DNA from: a virus
Taxonomy: Duplodnaviria > Heunggongvirae > Uroviricota > Caudoviricetes
Length of the DNA: 64,000 nt
Direction: 5' to 3' (one strand)
IMG/VR virus record: IMGVR_UViG_3300038443_000660
Coordinates: 2,082 to 66,081 of that record
Shown here one piece after another: positions 27,734 through 36,120 of this stretch. Within the stretch, counting starts at the first letter, position 1; each line of letters opens with the position of its first letter. The translations under genes and the position numbers were made by a program. Under the pieces are notes generated by a model. The model had not been told where the DNA came from. It searched no databases and saw only the letters and a list, made by a program, of their open reading frames with translations.

Positions 27734-28258
27734 TCAATTGTTATTGTAGTCGTATTCATGTATGAAAACCTTTCCAGAATATTTATCGATGTTTTTAACG
27801 AAAATTGCGAGAACGTCATCTTTATCTAGATTGCCATTACCACAACCCGGCCATGGAAACGACACTGATGTTATATTTCTTTTGTTCAGTTGTTCAAAAG
27901 CAATCGGCAGATTTCTTTCTATATATTCCAACTTCGAATTGTTCCTCCAATGAATTTTTGTTGGGAAAAACATTATATATTTTGGGTTAAACAATGCCGA
28001 TATATGAATAAATTTTGGTTTTAGGAGCGTTGGTGAGCCTCTAGCCAATATTCTCTTTGAATACAAATTGAACAGTTCGCATTCTTTTGGGTATTTATTG
28101 GCAAATTTGAGTGCGACTCCTTTTCCCATCACGCCAACTGAATTTGTGGTGTTTACAATGCATTGGGTATTGGACTTAAACAAATCCTTTTTAACTATCT
28201 TTAGGTTGTTATACATAATCGAACCATCATTTTCTTCCGCTTTTTCGTTCATAATCAT
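27734..28258 (-). CDS. DarG-like macrodomain ADP-ribosyl hydrolase
   Basis: IVNTTNSVGVMGKGVAL...FPTKIHWR..S.LEYIE..L...SVSFPWPGCGNGNL. Confidence 0.88.
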   Translation of the reverse strand: MIMNEKAEENDGSIMYNNLKIVKKDLFKSNTQCIVNTTNSVGVMGKGVALKFANKYPKECELFNLYSKRILARGSPTLLKPKFIHISALFNPKYIMFFPTKIHWRNNSKLEYIERNLPIAFEQLNKRNITSVSFPWPGCGNGNLDKDDVLAIFVKNIDKYSGKVFIHEYDYNNN

Positions 28259-28445
28259 GTACTGTCGAAAATGCCCAAACTAAAGCCGCTGTAAACAATA
28301 TTACACCAATAAAAGGTAACAATGCATTACCGATATACAAAATGTATCCTACAATCAAAAACCCTGTAATAAGGACAGATGACAGAAAAACCACAGCAGT
28401 GTAATATTTTATCGTATCAATCATGTGTTTTCGGCTTCCTGTCAA
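28227..28445 (-). CDS. Small two-TM membrane protein
   Basis: 72 aa, two hydrophobic helices. Confidence 0.55.
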   Translation of the reverse strand: MTGSRKHMIDTIKYYTAVVFLSSVLITGFLIVGYILYIGNALLPFIGVILFTAALVWAFSTVHDYERKSGRK

Positions 28446-28860
28446 ATCGTTTTTCTCTGGTGGACATTATTTCTTTAGCTTCCTGATGGATTTGTTTAGT
28501 TCGCATTTCCATGAACCAGTTTTCGACAAATCCCGGTATGTCATAATCAGAATTTCCGACAAATGTTTCTCTATACAAATGCTCCATTTGCTTGTGAGAA
28601 ACGACTTTACCACCGATTACATTAGCAGAAGACCCCGGTTCCGAGTTTGGTTCATACCAGCCGGTTTTCTTTTCGATTTCAGTTAATTCTTTTGATTCGT
28701 CATATGGACCTATTTCGGATGCAAAACAGTTCTCACAATGATATGGCCCGCATTGCGTGTAACCAACACCGATATCAACAAAATCGGCCCGACAAGGGAA
28801 GCTGCAATAAGGACAGTTCTCTATTGGTTCTTGTTCGCCGTAACAGTAACCACCGGACAT
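28417..28860 (-). CDS. Cys-rich hypothetical protein
   Basis: CPYC...C.ADFVDIGVG..QCGPYHC.NC. Confidence 0.65.
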   Translation of the reverse strand: MSGGYCYGEQEPIENCPYCSFPCRADFVDIGVGYTQCGPYHCENCFASEIGPYDESKELTEIEKKTGWYEPNSEPGSSANVIGGKVVSHKQMEHLYRETFVGNSDYDIPGFVENWFMEMRTKQIHQEAKEIMSTREKRFDRKPKTHD

Positions 28861-28877
28861 GATAGACTTTCTATGAT

Positions 28878-28953
28878 TGGAGTTCCGTCCCGGATTCGAA
28901 CCGGGTTAAACTGGTTTTGCAGACCAGTACATAAACCATCCTGTCCACGGAAC
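28878..28953 (-). tRNA. trnC: tRNA-Cys(GCA)
   Basis: GTTCCGT/ACGGAAC acceptor, U73, encoded CCA, CTGGT-CTGCAAA-ACCAG, T-loop TTCGAAT; G at position 8. Confidence 0.92.
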
Positions 28954-28962
28954 ATATTCTAT

Positions 28963-29934
28963 TTATAGCGTGTCAAGCAATTTCTTCCACTGGTCAACAC
29001 GAGAATCCATATTATAGTGAGCGTTAGCAAATTTTTGCTGATAAATCAAGTTTTCTTTAACTCTATCCGCATGTATATTGTCGATAACGCCCATGAGAAC
29101 AGTCGCAAATCGGTTTGCGTGTTCGTTAATATCTTCTGTCCATCGATACATGTAGCCATATGTGAACAAAGTCTCTGGCAACGCACCATAATCGGGGGCG
29201 ACAATAGCCAATCCTGCCGACATAGCTTCTATAGCCGCAATACAACTTGTTTCTTCATGGATGCAAGGATATGCAAATATATCGGCACTCCTAAGCGCCT
29301 GTCTCACTCTATCGTTGGAAACGTCGCCGTGATAATTAATATTCGGATGATTCCTACAAGTTTCAAACAAGTGTTCGTATGGTCTATCTCGTTCTTTCCA
29401 GCCGTAAATATTGAACGATGAATATACGTCCAACGTTACGTTGGGTCGTATTTTAGAAATTTCTAAAAATACAGGAATGAGAATTTCCAAGCCACGATGC
29501 GGTGTTGTATGATAAATTAATCTAACATTATCTGAAACTGAACGTTCACCTTCGATAGGATATATCGCATTTTTCATGACGGAAGAATTCTTATATGGTA
29601 CACCAAGTCCTTTATTGTATGTATTAAATTGATAATTGGACACAAAGGCTAAATGTGCGAATTTATCTCTAGATTCTGGATTTGCCAGATGCGCTGATTC
29701 TGGGTCATCCCAAGTATCATTCAAGATTAGAATATGTTTCTTTTCTGGAATGAGTTTTCGGACTCTGGACGAAATGAATTGAAATCTGTCGGAATACTCC
29801 GCCCCTAATCTGGTCATTAAACGGTTATACATGAGTTCAGAACCGCCCCATGCATTTTTGCCCAATCCAGTATATTCATCGAACGGGTCAAGACTAGAAG
29901 CAGTTTTGGCATTATCTATGATGTTATATTCCAT
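28963..29934 (-). CDS. GT-B (family 1/4) glycosyltransferase
   Basis: WGGSE...YHTTPHRGLEIL...ADIFAYPC...ETSCIAAIEAMSAG...GALPET. Confidence 0.9.
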   Translation of the reverse strand: MEYNIIDNAKTASSLDPFDEYTGLGKNAWGGSELMYNRLMTRLGAEYSDRFQFISSRVRKLIPEKKHILILNDTWDDPESAHLANPESRDKFAHLAFVSNYQFNTYNKGLGVPYKNSSVMKNAIYPIEGERSVSDNVRLIYHTTPHRGLEILIPVFLEISKIRPNVTLDVYSSFNIYGWKERDRPYEHLFETCRNHPNINYHGDVSNDRVRQALRSADIFAYPCIHEETSCIAAIEAMSAGLAIVAPDYGALPETLFTYGYMYRWTEDINEHANRFATVLMGVIDNIHADRVKENLIYQQKFANAHYNMDSRVDQWKKLLDTL

Positions 29935-29980
29935 GTTTTCTTTTTCTTATGAGTTGAACTAATAACTATATATCAATAAT

Positions 29981-30010
29981 AGAGAAAAGGCGAGATTTTT
30001 CTCGCCTTTC
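29981..30010 (-). terminator. Rho-independent terminator after Nampt
   Basis: 10-bp stem AAAGGCGAGA/TCTCGCCTTT, 4-nt loop, T-rich tail on minus strand. Confidence 0.75.
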
Positions 30011-30021
30011 AATGTTTTGCT

Positions 30022-31410
30022 TTAGATTTTGGTATTTTGCCGAACTTCGTCTAAAGTCCATGTTTTAAGAATATCGCCATTCTTAAAAACAGTCACGAGT
30101 TTGTTTTCATCATAGCCTAATGTATCTTCTGGGATTGATTTGTATCCGTCTTCATAAATGACGGCAATTCTACCAGCCTTAGACGCTTTTGATGGATCGG
30201 TTTTTGGGTTTTTGTTGATTGGTTCCCAACCATTACCAAAATCAATGGCGTTTGCCTTTTGTGCATACTTTAGTGAATCACGATTAAGCTGCTGTAACAA
30301 AGCCCCGCCCATTCCAAAGACGATATTTGAGGCAGACCAGCCATTGTTTTCATAGTTGTCTAGAATTGCATTGATTGATTCTAAACCAACACCATCACCT
30401 TGAATAATTCCAACATGAGGGTCAAGAACTTTGAAACCCTTGGAATTTTCGGTAAATCCAAATTTTTCACCAAGAATTTCAATAACTTGTAAAGTAACTT
30501 TTACCGGATCGCCGGAATCAGGACGAACCACTAGCTTTTTATTGAGACGATTTAACCTGTCGATGACTAGTTTAGACCCAAAGATGTTTCGAACAGCGTT
30601 TTCCATATCGTATGAATCGCATACGATAGAAAACATTGCACCAGACATACGAGTCATGTTGTGGTATGCTTCTGCTTCACCATTATTCTCGTGGCCCCAA
30701 GCGGTCACGGTAGAATGTTCCATAGCAGGAATAGAAAATCCTGCCATATCAGAATGGTAATATTCTCGGCCAGCGATCAATGCGGGAACGGTATCTGTGC
30801 CCATGAAGTTCGCCAAATGCGCCATGCCACCAATCTTGGCGGATTCATAAGATGATGCACCACGACAACCAAAATCGTGAAGCTTGAAACTGATTTCTGC
30901 ATCAGGATCATCAGCCGTTTTTTCCAGAAAAGTGTAAATATTTCTCTTGATTTCTCTGGAAAGAGTGGCGACGGTTGACGGATACCATACACTTCGAAGT
31001 AGCGCCGTTTCGACATATGAAGTCAACCAATGAAAACCGGGAATAGTATTCTTGATTTGAACCTGTGGAGTTCTGATAGGAATCACTGTTCCTTCTGGTA
31101 GAGCCTGAATTTCAAGAGGAAGATATCCAAGTTTTGCGACCGCTTTCCAGCCATTAACATTGAACGGCAAACCGTGTTGTTTAGCTAGTTCGAATGTATA
31201 ATCAATTTTTTCTTCTGTAATTTCTTCTTGCAACTTATGCAAGAACATTTGCAGTCCAAAATGAACTACTTCTGGTTCATATTTGAAAGGATGGGCGAAG
31301 CCTCGGCTTTCGATATATGACGAAATAAATTTCGTTTCTGGTGGATACTGTAAATAGTGTCCTAATTTATAGCTGTCACCGAACAAAATTGATTCTGAAA
31401 AATTTTGCAT
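30022..31410 (-). CDS. nadV: Nicotinamide phosphoribosyltransferase (Nampt)
   Basis: DSYKLGHYLQYP...LHDFGCRG...NFMGTDT...SIPAMEHS...VVRPDSGDP...IIQGDG...FGMGGALLQ.LNRD...KTDPSKASK.GR. Confidence 0.96.
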   Translation of the reverse strand: MQNFSESILFGDSYKLGHYLQYPPETKFISSYIESRGFAHPFKYEPEVVHFGLQMFLHKLQEEITEEKIDYTFELAKQHGLPFNVNGWKAVAKLGYLPLEIQALPEGTVIPIRTPQVQIKNTIPGFHWLTSYVETALLRSVWYPSTVATLSREIKRNIYTFLEKTADDPDAEISFKLHDFGCRGASSYESAKIGGMAHLANFMGTDTVPALIAGREYYHSDMAGFSIPAMEHSTVTAWGHENNGEAEAYHNMTRMSGAMFSIVCDSYDMENAVRNIFGSKLVIDRLNRLNKKLVVRPDSGDPVKVTLQVIEILGEKFGFTENSKGFKVLDPHVGIIQGDGVGLESINAILDNYENNGWSASNIVFGMGGALLQQLNRDSLKYAQKANAIDFGNGWEPINKNPKTDPSKASKAGRIAVIYEDGYKSIPEDTLGYDENKLVTVFKNGDILKTWTLDEVRQNTKI

Positions 31411-31448
31411 GTTTGTTTACTCCTATTTGGGATTAATATTGGTCTATC

Positions 31449-31706
31449 CTAGATTTCACGCATCTTTACAGTGATAACTTCTACTTCATTAAAACTTGAT
31501 TTATCGTGAAGAATATCATCTGTTTCGTATCTAATGTTCACCGATGTAACATTAAAGTGTTGAATTTTATTGGTGTCATGGTTCATTAAAGAAACTTCTG
31601 CACCAATACAAGGAACTACTGGTAATGAATATTGGTGTTCCATCAATATTTCTTTACAGATGTCACGTCCATTATAAAATCTGATAACTTTCCTGCCGTA
31701 TTTCAT
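31449..31706 (-). CDS. Hypothetical protein inside the NAD salvage locus
   Basis: 85 aa. Confidence 0.55.
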   Translation of the reverse strand: MKYGRKVIRFYNGRDICKEILMEHQYSLPVVPCIGAEVSLMNHDTNKIQHFNVTSVNIRYETDDILHDKSSFNEVEVITVKMREI

Positions 31707-31716
31707 GTGAAAATCC

Positions 31717-32742
31717 TTACATTAACCCAAATTGGTCTAGTAAGTCCCAATGATCTTCAAACATTTCCGAACACATGGTCTTTACTTTGGACAATTCAAC
31801 CCATTCTGCATGTTTTGCATCATCTGAACCTTTAACGGATGGTAACGGACCATCTGGAAATTTAATCAATGCAACGTGAGATATGGTTCGCCCTCGTTGG
31901 CTTCTATCTGGTCTATCGGCAACAAACCATTTTTCGATGGAGCCTTTAAGCTTTGGATAGCGAACACCAATTTTGGTTTCTTCTATCAATTCTCTAAGAA
32001 CGCCTTCCTCAACATATTCATGATTGTTCAAGAAACCACCGGGAAGCGCCCACAACCCTTCACCGGGCATTCCACCACGCTTTACCAGTAACACATGCCC
32101 AGATTGAACAACTACGGCATCGGTAGTCACAAAAATTGGAGGGTACGGCAAAGATTCAAATTGTTTCTTATACTTAATAATATGAAAGTGTTCCTTTTTG
32201 GGCACGTCAACGTTTTTAGAATTTAAGGCTTGTTCAACTTCATGTTTATGCGATGAAGAAACAAACCATTCATTCATAATCGGTTTATTTTCATAGACAG
32301 CCGTGCGAATATCAGTAGCATTAATGTTGTATTGGCACGGAACCTCAAGCAAATCCCATTGTGGAAATTTTTTAAGATAGTATGAAGAATGGTCCTTTGA
32401 ATGGCCGATGATACCAATCTTTGTTGGTCCAGCCCGCCACGTTGAATGAACAACAGTATTGACAATAGATTGGATTTGAGTTTCCCACCGAATGTCAGAA
32501 TACGCATAATCATTGCATGGCATGATTACGATTCGTGCCAAATCTGTTTCTGGGAATGCGGAAGCAATGATTTGCCTTCGTTCTTCGAAAGATAATGGGT
32601 TTTTTGCGGTTCTAGGGCGATTGGCAGAACCTACGATGATAATCACCTTTTCGGATTTGTCCAATGCTTTCTTGACTACATCGTAGTGACCAGCATGAAA
32701 AGGGGAAAATCTGCCAATAAAGGTAAGGAAGTTGTATTCCAT
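31717..32742 (-). CDS. natV: Bifunctional NMN adenylyltransferase / Nudix ADP-ribose pyrophosphatase (NadM-Nudix, NatV-like)
   Basis: FIGRFSPFHAGH...GSAN..RTAKNP...GHSKD.SSYYL..FPQW...INATDIR; Nudix WALPGGF...E...RELIEET; start ATG 32742 with GGAG SD. Confidence 0.95.
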   Translation of the reverse strand: MEYNFLTFIGRFSPFHAGHYDVVKKALDKSEKVIIIVGSANRPRTAKNPLSFEERRQIIASAFPETDLARIVIMPCNDYAYSDIRWETQIQSIVNTVVHSTWRAGPTKIGIIGHSKDHSSYYLKKFPQWDLLEVPCQYNINATDIRTAVYENKPIMNEWFVSSSHKHEVEQALNSKNVDVPKKEHFHIIKYKKQFESLPYPPIFVTTDAVVVQSGHVLLVKRGGMPGEGLWALPGGFLNNHEYVEEGVLRELIEETKIGVRYPKLKGSIEKWFVADRPDRSQRGRTISHVALIKFPDGPLPSVKGSDDAKHAEWVELSKVKTMCSEMFEDHWDLLDQFGLM

Positions 32743-32807
32743 GTTTTGTAATCTCCTATTTGGGAGTTGAATGAGTGGTCTATCCACTCACTATTATTTA
32801 GCTAAAA

Positions 32808-33143
32808 TCATTCACCATAAAAATATTTCTTGACTTCTCTAAACAAATTTTCTGATTCCCATTTTCCCATGTTAGGAGAGCCAACTTCAATAAACCATGC
32901 TTGTAGAGCATCATGTAAGCTTCTGGGAATGACATTGACGGCATTAGTCGTTTTCTGTTTAGCAACCCGATCCAAAACTTGTTCTACAGTAATAGAACCA
33001 TATATGAAATCTATCAAGAAATCTTCATGTTCTTTTCCGACGATGGAAACAGATTTCAACAATAATTCTTCCATAATGGTATCTGTTGTTTCGGCAAGTT
33101 TCTTGATTGAGTGTAATTCTTCAATATTTTCTGGTGTAAGCAT
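32808..33143 (-). CDS. Hypothetical protein
   Basis: 111 aa. Confidence 0.6.
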   Translation of the reverse strand: MLTPENIEELHSIKKLAETTDTIMEELLLKSVSIVGKEHEDFLIDFIYGSITVEQVLDRVAKQKTTNAVNVIPRSLHDALQAWFIEVGSPNMGKWESENLFREVKKYFYGE

Positions 33144-33181
33144 TTCTGTATCCTAATTCTTCCAATTCAATGACTTGATTT

Positions 33182-33502
33182 TCATGGGGCTATACCTGCA
33201 TCATATTCATATTCATCTTGTTCCATCACCGCTACCCAATCCAGATACTCTTGTGAAGGTTCTCCGGTAGAAACTCTATATTCTTGATAACCATTATCCC
33301 ATATAGCCAATTTTATTTCAACTGGTGTATCCATTAAAATTCTAGCTACTTGATCAAGCACCCACGCTTTATGGTGTTCACCATGAATTTGGCCGTAATG
33401 TTCAATAAAATACATCACCCATTGCCGTTTGTCAAATTCCTTGAACATTCCATCATTGTTATCTATTGGAAATTCTCCAATATAACCTTTCATCCAATAC
33501 AA
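33182..33502 (-). CDS. Hypothetical phage protein
   Basis: YGQIHGEHHKAWVLDQVARIL. Confidence 0.65.
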   Translation of the reverse strand: MYWMKGYIGEFPIDNNDGMFKEFDKRQWVMYFIEHYGQIHGEHHKAWVLDQVARILMDTPVEIKLAIWDNGYQEYRVSTGEPSQEYLDWVAVMEQDEYEYDAGIAP

Positions 33503-34110
33503 CCTTTAATGTCTTGCCAACTTAATACGTTAAATGTAAATGACAAAATATCATCATCACCCATATTATATGGTTGCGGTATCAAATAACAATTTTCAGG
33601 TTTAAACCCAACTTCGATTGCATCTTTAATATTTTTTACAGAATCCTCTATGAAAATAGAATTTTTATTCTGTTTTGATAACCATTCTTTCTTTGATGAA
33701 TGTAAAGGCAATGATACAATTTCCTGAAAAACAGGACCAAAGACATTCATCAAGTTTTCTTCTCTGGATTTCATAGCTTCGAAATCAGTAGTATACGAAG
33801 ATACAATCGTTATCTTATAACCAGCCTTATGTAGTTCCTTGATAGAATCGACTGCACCCGGAATAGGTGGAAGTTTTTTAAGCATGTATGATTGATTGAA
33901 CAATTCAGAAAGTCTAAGAGAAAATTGTTCTGTATAATACGGCGTGGCAGGAACATAGCCCGGAATTTTAATCAATTTACTCATATCATATTCGGTAGGA
34001 TCATCAGATTTCAAAAATCCAAAATTATCAATCCAATCGATGAATGTTGATCGCCAATTCAATAAACAGCCATCAACATCGCAAATGATTCTTTGTTCTT
34101 GACTGTTCAT
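33490..34110 (-). CDS. HAD-superfamily 5'(3')-nucleotidase-like phosphatase
   Basis: ICDVDGCLLNW...LPPIPGA...IVSS...FIEDSVKN. Confidence 0.8.
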   Translation of the reverse strand: MNSQEQRIICDVDGCLLNWRSTFIDWIDNFGFLKSDDPTEYDMSKLIKIPGYVPATPYYTEQFSLRLSELFNQSYMLKKLPPIPGAVDSIKELHKAGYKITIVSSYTTDFEAMKSREENLMNVFGPVFQEIVSLPLHSSKKEWLSKQNKNSIFIEDSVKNIKDAIEVGFKPENCYLIPQPYNMGDDDILSFTFNVLSWQDIKGCIG

Positions 34111-34880
34111 TTATTATTATCTTTTTCTATGCCCAATTTCCAAGGATGTTTTGTGACATTTTCATATTTTTCTTCATCAGAATAAATATTTTTCGGATCA
34201 CCAGATGGCCCGATTCGCATATCCATATCTTCAATTAAAACTTTTACAGAATGATAAACGTGATCTTCATCCCGTCTGATTTCAAATTCTTCGTCTGTTT
34301 CGTCCTTGTTACGGATAGCCCGCCAGTTTTCCGTTTCAACTTTAATCATATCTCTGACATGATTCATGTCTCTGGACAGAATATAGGATTTCTTGATTGT
34401 CGAAACGATACCTTCATCAATGCGGCGAAGGTCCAGAACGTCACAATAAAATTCATAATCACACCCCCATATGGTCGATGCATTGAAGGCAAACGGAACA
34501 AAATGAAGATCGTCTAAGCTGATATCATAGGACTCGTCAATGTCATAATCCGAGACAGTGAACCTATGTTCTTTTCCATTAAGTTCAAAACTGTCGAAAA
34601 TGTAGCATGGAACATATGTCGAAACATTGGTGTGTTCTGCATAATATTTTGGTTCCAAATTTGAATAGTAATTTGTGAACACAATTTCATGCTTTTCAAC
34701 GTCCCAAATCTTGATATCGGAATATCTATCATTCCAGAAAGCATACCACTTTCCAGAAGCAGATTTGAACGGATAAAAATTGTTATATCGAGGTTGACCG
34801 AACTTTTCCTTGATTGGTTGAAAAAGTTCGTCAATCTTCTTAAAAGAATATCCCCAAGACGGGGATTCATAATCAGACAT
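34107..34880 (-). CDS. Hypothetical protein (257 aa)
   Basis: Start moved to ATG 34880; the upstream in-frame extension is tRNA sequence. Confidence 0.65.
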   Translation of the reverse strand: MSDYESPSWGYSFKKIDELFQPIKEKFGQPRYNNFYPFKSASGKWYAFWNDRYSDIKIWDVEKHEIVFTNYYSNLEPKYYAEHTNVSTYVPCYIFDSFELNGKEHRFTVSDYDIDESYDISLDDLHFVPFAFNASTIWGCDYEFYCDVLDLRRIDEGIVSTIKKSYILSRDMNHVRDMIKVETENWRAIRNKDETDEEFEIRRDEDHVYHSVKVLIEDMDMRIGPSGDPKNIYSDEEKYENVTKHPWKLGIEKDNNK

Positions 34881-34902
34881 GAGAGATTTTCTTTCTAAAA
34901 TT

Positions 34903-34978
34903 TGGTGGAGAATACCGGACTCAAACCGGTCAGGCCAAGACTTTGCAAAAGTCTTCCGGGTAACTCTGCCCATTCCCC
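34903..34978 (-). tRNA. trnA: tRNA-Ala(UGC)
   Basis: GGGGAAT/ATTCTCC with G3:U70 identity pair, A73, CCA; AGACT-TTTGCAA-AGTCT. Confidence 0.92.
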
Positions 34979-34984
34979 ATTTAG

Positions 34985-35060
34985 TGGTCCGTAGTGAAGG
35001 TTCCGCCCCTTCATTTCTGACGCCACAAGCCAGCGTGTTAACTGTTATCACTAACTACGG
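34985..35060 (-). tRNA. trnH: tRNA-His(GUG), alphaproteobacterial type (no G-1, A73), atypical T-loop
   Basis: CCGTAGT/ACTACGG, A73, CCA; CTGGC-TTGTGGC-GTCAG; T-arm GAAGG-GGCGGAA-CCTTC. Confidence 0.82.
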
Positions 35061-35112
35061 ATGATGGTGTCCTTTGTCCTCGGACGCAGAAAACATAATA
35101 AAATCAAATAGT

Positions 35113-35201
35113 TGGATCGAGAGGCAGGAATCGAACCTGCGCCGAGTTAACGGATACTGGTGCCAAAGGCCAGCGGCTCTACCATCGTCGCCTACTCTCG
35201 A
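35113..35201 (-). tRNA. 89-nt tRNA with long variable arm and apparent UUG (Gln) anticodon
   Basis: TCGAGAG/CTCTCGA, U73, CCA; D-arm GGC-GACGATGGTAGA-GCC; CTGGC-CTTTGGC-ACCAG; 16-nt V region with CCG/CGG stem; GCAGG-TTCGATT-CCTGC. Confidence 0.8.
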
Positions 35202-35210
35202 ATACAATAT

Positions 35211-35241
35211 TATTTATACAAAACTTCAAATAGGTTGTCAA
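35211..35241 (-). promoter_or_regulatory. Overlapping sigma70 and late promoter for the tRNA cluster
   Basis: TTGACA-N17-TATAAA whose -10 is part of TATAAATA (35218-35211), 10 nt from the first tRNA. Confidence 0.7.
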
Positions 35242-35244
35242 CTA

Positions 35245-35484
35245 TTATTTCTTACACACAACTTCTGAATTTAATGTCACTGAATAGCTTTCAGCATCAT
35301 TCAACACCGTTCCAACAGCCGTACAAATATCATTAATCCCTGTGTTTGGAAACTGATTTACGCTGGTGTCATGTTCGATTTCTTTCGGCGGGTTAACCTC
35401 GTCCATCCCATGCATGACAGCTTGAACCATGCCGAACACAAATAATGTAAATAGAACAATGATAGTAGCCCGTCGATTACTCAT
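35245..35484 (-). CDS. Small protein with N-terminal TM/signal segment
   Basis: 79 aa. Confidence 0.55.
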   Translation of the reverse strand: MSNRRATIIVLFTLFVFGMVQAVMHGMDEVNPPKEIEHDTSVNQFPNTGINDICTAVGTVLNDAESYSVTLNSEVVCKK

Positions 35485-35690
35485 GATATAATCACCGAAT
35501 TTCCCTTGTGACCCAATGTGGCTTCCTTCTGTAATTTCACAGAAGACACGCTAGATGTAGAATCTTTGTATTCACCATCAGCATAATGAACAGTGGCCGT
35601 CATTGGCATTTTCTTGAGCCATATGATTAGTTCATAAACAGTCATTCGTTTACTTTCTGTGTCCAGTTTTAAATGCTCTCTTGGTAGCAT
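35481..35690 (-). CDS. Hypothetical protein
   Basis: 69 aa, MTVYELIIWLKKMP. Confidence 0.55.
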   Translation of the reverse strand: MLPREHLKLDTESKRMTVYELIIWLKKMPMTATVHYADGEYKDSTSSVSSVKLQKEATLGHKGNSVIIS

Positions 35691-36120
35691 CTTTCATGTT
35701 GATAAGATGTTCCAATGTGATGTTGTTTTTCTCTGCATATGCTTCGATAGCACCAATCAAATCGGATAATTCTATCAAGGCCATAACAGGGTTGTTTTGT
35801 TCAACAGAATCCATGAATTCTTCGAATTCTTCTTGAATCTTTGACGGTTCACCAAGAATACCCTTTTGGATGATTTTCTTGTGATAGCCTTGTGACTGAT
35901 TTTCCATAGCATCGTCAATCATAGAACCAAGTTGTTTCAAATCTTCTGTGTAATTTGTTGTACCAGAACTACCCGGTTCATGTGCGCCGCAGCATTCACA
36001 AATTCCTTTAATATAGCGACCTTTACGACAGAGATAACAGAGTGTCGAGTCACATGTCGTAAAAAAAGTTGCCGGATATTCGAAGCCGGGACCACCAATT
36101 TTGTTGTTATATTTTGTCAT
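35650..36120 (-). CDS. Zn-ribbon plus MazG-like all-alpha NTP pyrophosphatase
   Basis: CYLC...CECC; KIQEEFEEF.D...Q.N.VMALIELSDLIGAIEAY. Confidence 0.7.
   Translation of the reverse strand: MTKYNNKIGGPGFEYPATFFTTCDSTLCYLCRKGRYIKGICECCGAHEPGSSGTTNYTEDLKQLGSMIDDAMENQSQGYHKKIIQKGILGEPSKIQEEFEEFMDSVEQNNPVMALIELSDLIGAIEAYAEKNNITLEHLINMKDATKRAFKTGHRK

Noticed and set aside
34881-35051. N-terminal extension of the 314-aa ORF 34107-35051
   Set aside because: It runs through the tRNA-His and tRNA-Ala genes; the real start is most likely ATG 34880
35113-35201. Reading the V-arm tRNA as Pro(UGG)
   Set aside because: Centring TGG in the loop breaks the CTGG/CCAG stem, and Pro identity elements (C1:G72, A73) are absent
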